DNA of 64,000 nucleotides from Veleropilina oligotropha (Eukaryota): NCBI GenBank assembly GCA_048128005.1, contig JBEUKZ010000117.1, positions 124,001 to 188,000 of the forward strand, read 5' to 3'. Shown piece by piece: positions 1 to 8,355 of this stretch (position 1 is its first letter; each line of letters starts with the position of its first letter). The notes under the pieces were generated by a model. It saw only the letters and a program-made list of their open reading frames with translations, ran no database searches and was not told where the DNA came from. The position numbers and the translations under genes were made by a program.

Positions 1-432
1 ATCATATGGGGTGTCGAATGCATCCCACGTCCTGTCTTGTGGCAGCGGCGCCTGAATTTCGGTCAGTATCCTTCTGACCTGAAAGTAGACGTGGAAGGTG
101 AATACGGCAGCGGAGAGGGGGTCGGTCGCATTCAAGTGGTCTTCTGAGGAGATCCCGGAACCTGTTGTGGCACACCATACGGCGAAGTTTACCTTGTTCT
201 GCCAGAACCGCATCGGTGTGCTGTGCCAATCCCGTATTAGCCGATCACTCGCGACGTGAGGGAGGCGATACTTTTGGAAGACGTCGGGGTACTCTGCCCC
301 GAATGCCGGAGATTCAGACGAGGAGCCAACGACGCTCGGTTTTGTAAGCTGCTCATCTTGGATCTTCGCTGGGTACGCCACACCGGTCGGATAGGCCGCA
401 CTCCTATTGAACACAAAGGCGCTCTTAGCCAT
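1..432 (-). CDS. Conserved Polinton-associated hypothetical protein (5' part; runs off the window)
   Basis: Not in the ORF track because it has no stop in the window. ATG at 432-430, 144 open codons: MAKSAFVFNRSAAYP...WQNKVNFAVWCATTGSGISSEDHL...FHVYFQVRRILTEIQAPLPQDRTWDAFDTPYD. The NFAVWCA/FHVY..RRIL..PLP motifs resemble an ORF I associate with invertebrate Polintons. Confidence 0.7.
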   Translation of the reverse strand, partial: MAKSAFVFNRSAAYPTGVAYPAKIQDEQLTKPSVVGSSSESPAFGAEYPDVFQKYRLPHVASDRLIRDWHSTPMRFWQNKVNFAVWCATTGSGISSEDHLNATDPLSAAVFTFHVYFQVRRILTEIQAPLPQDRTWDAFDTPYD

Positions 433-439
433 AGCTACT

Positions 440-1177
440 ATGTTTCACACATTAACGAGTGTTCAAGAGGGAACCGCGGTTGCCCTTCTGCAGCCCATTG
501 ATAACCGGGACGGCAATCTATGCGTCAGCTTGCAGTCGCTCGACTATTGGGTCGGCTGGCACAACGTGCACGCCGGAGCCTTCTTTAAGACCCCGGATAC
601 CACGGTCGAGGTGGCACCAGGTTTCTACAGCTTCGATGACCTCGCCAAGACGTTGAAGGGGTCGCTAAAGAATATACAACTGGATGTAAGCCATGCTACA
701 GGACTCGCCCGAATCGTGGTCCCAGAGGGGACCCGACTCGCGATCAGCGACGACATCAGGAAGCTCCTCGGCTTAAACATTTCTTCGTTCATTCTCGATA
801 AATCGGGGAATCTGAACCCACCCCTTCGAACACCGGGGGGCCGACCTCCCCCTCCGGAGAGATCCGAGTGGCTACGCCCCGGGACTTATGACGGGAACAA
901 GCCGGTAGGGTTTGCCATAGCGCCGACCCTACACGTTCACCTGGAGCAGCTCAGCACAACACACAACGTGAAGGACGGCGCCCCGAGCAATATTCTCGCA
1001 GTGGTCCCCATAACGTCGCAGGTGTTCGGCGAGGCTGCCCACTATCATAAATATCCTGCCGGCCGGCGACTACAGGCCGGGTCAATCACAGAATTGAAGG
1101 TGTATGTCACCGACTCAGATGGTAACCCGATCGACAATCACGGCATGCCCATTACCGCAGTCCTTGCGATACAATGA
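440..1177 (+). CDS. Polinton/adintovirus minor capsid (penton)-like protein
   Basis: ATG at 440 (MFHTLTSV...). N-terminal PIDN..GNL.VSL..LDYWVGWHNV and C-terminal beta-rich ILAVVP...ITELKVYVTDSDGNPIDNHGMPITAVLAIQ resemble single jelly-roll pentons. Confidence 0.7.
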   Translation: MFHTLTSVQEGTAVALLQPIDNRDGNLCVSLQSLDYWVGWHNVHAGAFFKTPDTTVEVAPGFYSFDDLAKTLKGSLKNIQLDVSHATGLARIVVPEGTRLAISDDIRKLLGLNISSFILDKSGNLNPPLRTPGGRPPPPERSEWLRPGTYDGNKPVGFAIAPTLHVHLEQLSTTHNVKDGAPSNILAVVPITSQVFGEAAHYHKYPAGRRLQAGSITELKVYVTDSDGNPIDNHGMPITAVLAIQ

Positions 1178-1524
1178 GCAGCATCTACGGGACCCTGCTT
1201 GCAGATGAGCCCTCTTCAGCGACCCAGTGGCACTTCGTTCTCAGTTGTGGGGAAGTGCCCAACAAGGGCCTGGCGAGGAGGGAGTTCATGATTCCAAACA
1301 CTGGAGGTCGGTTTGGGTTGAATCCAGTCCTCCTAATGATCCACCTGACGCCGGTCCAGCCGGCCGGGGGGGCTCCCAAAGTGTGTTCCATAAATAAAAT
1401 GGGCCTGGACTCAGACAAGTTGACCCTCGCCTTCACCGTCAAGGCCCCGTGGGTAGGCACCCTGTATTTGAACGTTACGGTAGACATTCGAAATCAACAG
1501 GCTGAACAATACAGCCACGTGTAA
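1174..1524 (+). CDS. Small hypothetical viral protein (116 aa, beta-rich)
   Basis: ATG overlaps the upstream stop (ATGA 1174-1177) and its stop overlaps the next ATG (TAATG 1522-1526). No recognisable domain. Confidence 0.55.
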   Translation: MSSIYGTLLADEPSSATQWHFVLSCGEVPNKGLARREFMIPNTGGRFGLNPVLLMIHLTPVQPAGGAPKVCSINKMGLDSDKLTLAFTVKAPWVGTLYLNVTVDIRNQQAEQYSHV

Positions 1525-2156
1525 TGGACAACAAACCCTCAGCGCCAACACTGTACCCACAACTTGATGGCGATGTGCTTTCGGAAGTTCCGGAGGCACA
1601 GTCTTTCCGACTACAGAAAGTGAATGAGCTCCAGGGACAGCTAGAACGAGAGAGAGACACAAGGGCTGCACTGTATAAAAAATACCGCCGAGGCGTTAAT
1701 GTCGTTGACGGGATCGACTCGGCCCTGGTCGTGGCGACCCTTGGTATGGGTAGTGCTGGAATTGGACTACTTTCCACAATCGTTGCCGCCCCGGTCGTCC
1801 TAGTGCTGGAATTAGCGGCGTTGGGGTGTGGGCTCGCTAGCATGGGTGGAAAATACATCAGCCGACGCCTCGGGGTGAAGGCCAAGAAGCACGACGAAAT
1901 ACGAGTACTGGCCGACAGCAAACTGAATACCATAACCGACCACGTCTCAAAGGCCTTAGCGGACGGGGTGATGTCTGATGATGAATTTCAACTGGTCACA
2001 GGGGAGATGGAAAAGTATCGGACATTGAAAGCCACGGTTCGCCTCAAGAGTGCAAAGGCGCACAACGCGGTTTCACAAACCCAGAGTGAGCTAATTGAGC
2101 GTGGTCGGAAAGAGGGACGCGCAGAGCTGCTGAAAAAAATTGGGGCTGGCGACTAA
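1524..2156 (+). CDS. Polinton/adintovirus membrane-active (gasdermin-like) protein
   Basis: 210 aa: PSAPTLYPQL, FRLQKV..L..ERDTR..LYKKY coiled coil, Gly/Ala-rich double hydrophobic segment, KAKKHDEI..LA.SKLNTI.D.VSKAL.DG..SDDEF. This pattern matches the ORF commonly annotated as gasdermin-like in adintoviruses/Polintons. Confidence 0.75.
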   Translation: MDNKPSAPTLYPQLDGDVLSEVPEAQSFRLQKVNELQGQLERERDTRAALYKKYRRGVNVVDGIDSALVVATLGMGSAGIGLLSTIVAAPVVLVLELAALGCGLASMGGKYISRRLGVKAKKHDEIRVLADSKLNTITDHVSKALADGVMSDDEFQLVTGEMEKYRTLKATVRLKSAKAHNAVSQTQSELIERGRKEGRAELLKKIGAGD

Positions 2157-2239
2157 CCATCCAGGTCGATCGTGGGGTGGGTGGGGACCCCCCTCCCCCA
2201 TATTGAAGCTTGAACTGGACAGTGATATCTGGACAAGCC

Positions 2240-2656
2240 ATGAAATCCATGAAATCTATGCTACTGTGTATTGCCGCGGTGTGCTTTGCCGCGTGGGGTA
2301 CCACCCAGGCGTCGACGCGTGACACTGCATTAATTCTCGAACACACGTGGGCTAGGTACCGCAACGACCCCCTGTATAACCCCCGATTTGATCACTTGCG
2401 AAGAAACTTGCTACGAGACCCACCTCCAGTGCGGGCACCGTCATGTCACTATTTCATTACCGATGGAGAGAACGATTGTGGCCCAGATCCTAATATCGTT
2501 GTGTGTATTGAGTGCGCTGATCCGTCCTTATGTCACGGTAAACGTGGGCATTATTTCTCCATGTTATCTACGGGCTGCAGGGGTTCGTGGAATCAGATCG
2601 GGCACATCTCGCCCTGCAACTGTACACTAGCAAGCGGTAACTACATATTCATATAA
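2240..2656 (+). CDS. Putative secreted cysteine-rich protein
   Basis: ATG at 2240: MKSMKSMLLCIAAVCFAAWGTTQA is signal-peptide-like; the mature part has 8 Cys and ends ...PCNC... Confidence 0.55.
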   Translation: MKSMKSMLLCIAAVCFAAWGTTQASTRDTALILEHTWARYRNDPLYNPRFDHLRRNLLRDPPPVRAPSCHYFITDGENDCGPDPNIVVCIECADPSLCHGKRGHYFSMLSTGCRGSWNQIGHISPCNCTLASGNYIFI

Positions 2657-2706
2657 CAGCGGCAATCTCGGGGAATCCCTGCCTTGAAACATATTTTTCA
2701 GGCTTC

Positions 2707-3540
2707 CCTAGGGCCAACCACCCCCGGGGCCTCTCTCGGCCAACCACCCCCGGGCCAACCACCCCCGGGCCACCCCTCGGCCACCCACCCCCGGGCCGCG
2801 GCCACCCACCCCCGGGCCTCTCTCGGCCAACAACCCCCGGGCCACCCACCCCCGGGCCAACCACCCCCGGGCCAACCACCCCCGGGCCACTCACCCCCGG
2901 GCCAACCATCCCCGGGCCAACCACCCCCGGGCCACCCCCGGGACAACCACCCCCGGGCCAGCCACCCCCAGGGCCACCCACCCCCGGGCCACCCCCGGGC
3001 CACCCACCCCCGGGCCAACCCCGGGCCACTCACCCGCGGGCCAACCACCCCCGGGCCACTCACCCCCGGGCCAACCATCCCCGGGCCAACCACCCCCGGG
3101 CCACCCACCCCCGGGCCACCCTCGGCCACCAACCCCCGGGCCAACCACCCCCGGGCCAACCACCCCCGGGTCACCCCCCCGGGCCAACCACCCCCGGGCC
3201 AACCACCCCCCCGGGCCACCCACCCCCGGGCCACCCTCGGCCACCAACCCCCGGGCCAACCACCCCCGGGCCACCCCCGGGCCAACCACCCCCGGGCCAG
3301 CAACCCCCGGGCCAACCACCCCCCGGTTCACCCACCCCGGGCAACCACCCACCCCCGGGCCACCCACCCCACCCCCGGCCCCACCCCCGGGCCACCCGGC
3401 CCCACCCCCGGGCCACCCCCCCCCCGGGCCCCACCCCCGGGCCACCCCACCCACACCCACTCGGCCACCGCCCTCACGACCCTCTCTTCACTCGGCCACC
3501 GCCCTCACGACCCTCTCTTGGCCCGGGGGCTCTCTCGGCC
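2707..3540. repeat. C-rich degenerate tandem repeat (about 15-bp unit CCCCGGGCCAACCAC)
   Basis: Dozens of ccccgggcc(a/c)acc units; strong C/G strand skew. Confidence 0.95.
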
Positions 3541-3541
3541 A

Positions 3542-3762
3542 CCCTCTTGAAGCCCCCTTGTATTTCAGCCGTAGCCTGGGGTGTCTCCACGAACCTCTCT
3601 TGGTCCCGGGGGTGGTTGGCCCTCTTGAAGCCCCCTTGTATTTCAGCCGTAGCCTGGGGTGTCTTCACGAACCTCTCTTGGCCCCGAGGGTGGTTGGCCC
3701 TCTTGAAGCCCCCTTGTATTTCAGCCGTAGCCTGGGGTGTCTTCACGATCCTCTCTTGGCCT
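3542..3762. repeat. 78-bp tandem repeat, about 2.8 copies
   Basis: ccctcttgaagcccccttgtatttcagccgtagcctggggtgtc... starts at 3542, 3620 and 3698. Confidence 0.95.
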
Positions 3763-3914
3763 ATGGTGGCGCCACCATCTTCACGACCCACCTTTCTTCC
3801 ACGCGGCCTTCCTCCTCAGAATTCTAAATACTCGAAAGCATGCTGAGGAGGTCGTTGTGGAAGAGTGCAATGTAGGCCCGAGCTCATAATACTAAAAACC
3901 TGACAGTACTATTG

Positions 3915-4298
3915 CATAGTCCATGCCAGACTTTAGAGATTGTGTCTCATTCGTTATGTCGTGGATATTAAATCACGACAACTCTCAACATAGACTACGT
4001 TGATTAAAATGAAACCTACAACACTGTGTGGATATTGTAAAGCCAACTAAATCCCGAATCATTAATTAGTTAACTGTCCCTTGATTATAATGTTGCCTTA
4101 ACATGGATAAAACTTCATAGTCCATGCCAGGCCTAATATGTTGTGTCTCGTCACTTATGATGTGAATATTAAATCACGACAACGCTCAACGTAGACCACG
4201 GTAATTAAAATGAAACCTACAACACTGTGTGGATAGTGTGAAGTCGACCAAATCTCGGATCTTAGTCCAGTTAACTGTTCCTTGATTATAATGTGGCC
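3915..4298. repeat. Diverged direct duplication, about 200-bp period
   Basis: catagtccatgccag...attaaaatgaaacctacaacactgtgtggata...ccttgattataatgt occurs at about 3915 and about 4116. Confidence 0.9.
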
Positions 4299-4683
4299 AC
4301 AGTATCCAGTCAACCTTCATGCAATGCATTTCAGTCGAGTGAGTCACTCGACAACAATGTATATGGCACGCTTCTACTAAGGTCAACTCGGGCGACGTAA
4401 CTAGGCAACCAGGTAGTATTTGAATAGACTATCGATTGGATTGTAACCTGGTTTTCAGACAGAGCTGTATGTAAACACGGTGACTGTTATAATACAAGCC
4501 CGACCCTGGGAGCCTGAAATAGTGCTGGGAGCCGTATTTTCCCATTCTAAAAAGTCCAATCACCCCCCCTGCTGCTGAGTTGAGATCCATATTAATTCTG
4601 AAAAGGTGCTGGGAGCCCTAATTTCCCTCGCCGCGCCCCCACATAAAAGGTATGGTCACCCCCCCTGCTGCTCTCGGACTACT

Positions 4684-5080
4684 TCATAGTATAAATATTC
4701 ACACGTCAATGCTGCATAGACATTATACAAGCGTAAATTCTTCATTGTATATACATTATACACACGTCAATGCTTCATAGTATATACATTATACACACGC
4801 CAATGCTTCATAGTATATACATTATACACAAGTCAATGCTTCATAGTATATACATGATACAGGCGATCATACTGTAACATTATGGGTGAACATTCAGAGG
4901 TGACGTTTCATTTCATGAATCATGGGCTGCATGCTCACTGCATTATATAGGGATTGAACTGCAGTTTGGTTGCGTTTATGCTGGTATGAACGCAACCAGC
5001 AATTACATCTTCTATGGAGCGCGTTAATATATACATTATACACACGTCAATTTTGCATAGCATATACATTATACACACGA
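4684..5080. repeat. About 33-bp minisatellite (cttcatagtatatacattatacacacgtcaatg)
   Basis: Several units at 4684-4860 and more at about 5025-5080; an ~90-bp block is also duplicated at about 4861 and 5131. Confidence 0.85.
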
Positions 5081-6448
5081 GCATTAATTCAGCACCACCT
5101 AAATCATTGCTTAGTTCATTTTGTTTCAAACAGGCGACCATACTCTAACATTATGGGTGAACGTTCAGAGGAAAGGTTTCATTTCATGAATCATGGGCTG
5201 CATACTCACTGCATTATATCTTGCTGAGCTGCATGATATGTTGCTGAATTTATTTTCTGTTCTGGGACAATCACCAGCAATGAAACTTTATCTGTGCCTA
5301 TAAAGACAAAATGTACAGAGTAGTTAATAAATATTGAACAAATCATCAAATATCATCGTGACTGCAATTCCTCTGTCTTAATCATGATCTACACATATTT
5401 GTAAATTAATTCTATAATTAACAATGACAAACACTTTAAGAAAACATGCACCATCTTAGTACTTATTCAGAACATAATTATACCATTTTAATGCTATTTG
5501 GTTAAAAAATAGAAGTCATTTAAGTTGTGATTTTATGATGCGCTCAAAATTGTTTACCCCCAGACACAAAAATCATGTAAAAAATAAAAATAAATGTTTT
5601 TTCACAACCATCCATTCCTTACTCCATACATCCTAATGAACCAAACAATATGGTTGTTCTTTGTTCTACCCTGGGGAAGGGTTACTCCTGTTTCTAGGGG
5701 GCTATGCTAAGCATGGCCGCAGCACTAAAATTAATGGTGTTCGAACGAAACATGGTACGTAAAGTGAATTTGCGATATAATTTAATCAGGACACCGTATA
5801 CAGAAAGATGGCGATCATAATTTGTAAACATGTTTATCTCGGATAACATATGGTGAGAATGATATGGCCAGCAGGCACAAGCGGAGTCGCGCTACATTTA
5901 TATGTTATTGTTAACCTTCCTTACAACTGCGTCAATATATATTGTCTCGTGGCTGCCGTTTTCGTTCTACGTATTATGCCATCATAACTATAATATAGAT
6001 CGACTGAAGTCTGAAGAAAGAAATACGTGCACGTCGGATCTTGTAATTTCGACCCACATTGTCAAAATGACTTTGTGATTCACAAAAAACAAGATGGCTA
6101 CATTCAAATTGATTAAACTTAGTATTAAAAGTAAAATTTAAATAAAATCAGTCCTTCGTTTTTGACGCGAGCGATCGATCTCGCGCGCCATCGCTCGCGT
6201 GAAACGTGTTGGCTGCAAGAAAAAAATCGATCGCATCAAATTCACAGAGTAGAATAAATTAAAAGGAAAAATGATTGGAAAAGTTGTCAAAATACGACAA
6301 TATTTGGAATGATCGAGTTACCATCGCCAAATGGAAATGCTTGCCAAACGCTTTATTGTATCCCCGAAACGAAAGTATCGGGGGGATACTATGGTTTAGC
6401 GTTTGTTACGCCGCCGCGTCCACCGAGAGATTCCTCGTGATCACTCTA

Positions 6449-6917
6449 CAGGTTGGGGAAAAGCTGCAAAACGGGATATATATCCCGTTCAGGATATATA
6501 TCCCGATCGGGATATATGACGTATCCCGATCGGGATATAAAAGAGAGAAAAGTCCGTGCATCACTCCTTTCGGCAAGAAATCGCCATAATCGTAACATGG
6601 TAAGAATGGACAGAGGACCTTTAGCTGTTGTGGACGTGTACATATAAGTCGCTAGAATCAATTTACGATCGTCTAGATGCACGAGAGCTGTGTATATCGG
6701 CACTTTATAATACATTTCAGATAAATTACATGCACTCACCAAATTAACACCGTTATTTTCAACAAAATTTGGCCAGCATATTGCCAACATGTCCGCACAT
6801 GTATACAGACGCCATTTTCTGCACTCTTCACCGGACGTTAGCTGCAGCCAATGAAGAGGACGGGTACAGAGTGCTGGCATCCTCATCCGAAGCAAAATGT
6901 ATGGTGCGCCAGAAGGA
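6449..6917 (+). repeat. Left TIR (469 bp)
   Basis: Reverse complement of 10782-11250; I noticed only two mismatches. Confidence 0.95.
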
Positions 6918-7071
6918 ACATGAATAAAAAGTTGATGCGCTGAAACGTAATGTAAGTACCATTTAACTAATAGCGCATGTTGTTTTGCACCCTAACGCTA
7001 ATATTTAATTATTTTTGTAACATCTTTATTATGTTATAACAAAATTAAAATTGTATTCTTTGTTTTCACAG

Positions 7072-8355
7072 AGCAAGCCATACAAACGTCCCAGTGGTGT
7101 CCCAAACCCAGCTGGCCATAAAAAAGGCGAAAAAACAAATTATAAATGTCATGCCACGGGAGCCACTGGGACTTCATATATCGACGGGAGCCAACAGCGT
7201 TCCTCATCATCGTATAAGCGTAGAAACACGTTGTTTAAAAAGGTAACCCCCATAATTCAATACCAATGCAATATTACACAAACAGCTAAAAACATGACAA
7301 TTTTCACTAACTTACAATTTAATTATTGTCGTTTGTTTTTGTTATCTGGATTGTAGAAAGATGACATCTCTTCTTTTCGAACCCATGAGCAGCCACATGG
7401 GCTCGATAGCAATCCAGATTGTTCCGGCATGATGTTGTGAGATGCACAAGGTTGTCATCAAGAGGAACCCCATCCATTGATATGTGTGGCTTTGATGATA
7501 GTGGCGATAACAAATATCCAGATCTGCGTAATTCCTGTCGCCAGGCAAAGATCTCTCGTTGCAGATCTGTATGGTATATGTAATCGTCACGATTGTCGTT
7601 TGGAAGGTGTAATGCTGTAGTAAGATGTTGGTGCATCTGTAAATATCAACGAAAAATACATTAAATGTTAAGAATAATAATTTCATTATATTTCAGGCAC
7701 AAGAATTACACCGTGCTACGGGTGAATCGGTTTATTTGGAAGTAGATCACAAAGCCAGGCAACATTGGGGAGTTGGGATATACGCCCACGCTTTTTCAAA
7801 TGTGAGTATTATCTACTTTTACATGTTAATTTTATGAAAGTGTTACAAGTTTATTTTAATTAGATACTAATGATTGTTTTCTTTTTTAATTTTCAGAAGA
7901 CAGTCGCATCTGTCGGTAGCCAGACCGCGTCCACGTCCACGTGTCAGGAAGAGACCAACGCACCTGCACAAGGCATTACAGACATGCAAGACTCCACATC
8001 GCATATACGCATACAAGCATCATGTTCATCAGCACAAGCACCCGCGTCAGACACACAAACACCCGCGACAAACACACAAGTACCCGCGACAAGAATACAA
8101 GCACCCACGACAAGCACACAAGCACCAACAGCAGACATGCAAGCAAGTACAGCAGACAATACATTCAGAAACGAATGCAGAATTTGCCACGTTACATTCG
8201 ACACGGATCTCGACCTGAACCGTGGACCCTGGATCGGTTGCGATGCCGATGGATGCGACTATTGGATTCACGCAAGATGCTTGGGATTTAGGCCAAAAAC
8301 CCGAAGATCATTTCAATCCATACCGTATTATTGTCATGCACATAATAAATTATAG
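7072..8355 (+). CDS. Spliced MADS-box-like + Thr/Ala/Gln-rich linker + PHD finger protein; exons 7072-7242, 7697-7801, 7897-8355 (first exon uncertain)
   Basis: All junctions are phase 0 with canonical signals (cacag|agc, aag|gtaacc, ttcag|gca, aat|gtgagt, ttcag|aag). Joined: YIDGSQQRSSSSYKRRNTLFKK|AQELHRATGESVYLEV, compared with SRF FIDNKLRRYTTFSKRKTGIMKKAYELSTLTGTQVLLLV. C-terminus CRIC...WIGCDADGCDYWIHARC...YYCHAH is a PHD finger. Confidence 0.75.

Larger units (their letters stand above)
1..4683. mobile_element. Terminal part of a Polinton/Maverick (adintovirus-like) endogenous viral element
   Basis: GC-rich, compact, intronless ORF cluster including a penton-like ORF and a gasdermin-like ORF; repeat-rich subterminal region; ends in ...GGACTACT (4678-4683), the complement of the canonical Polinton 5'-AGTAGT terminus, followed abruptly by AT-rich minisatellite. 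The rest of the element lies left of the window. Confidence 0.8.

Noticed and set aside
2649..3550. Pro/Gly-rich collagen-like ORFs on both strands
   Set aside because: Produced by the stop-free C-rich repeat; no Gly-X-Y register and open in many frames.
3542..3762. Possible CRISPR-like array
   Set aside because: Head-to-tail 78-bp units with no unique spacers, no cas genes, eukaryotic context.
6446..6895. 149-aa ORF (and its 188-aa mirror at 10708-11274)
   Set aside because: Outward-reading frames across the TIR palindromes with no protein-like motifs; duplicated only because the TIRs are.
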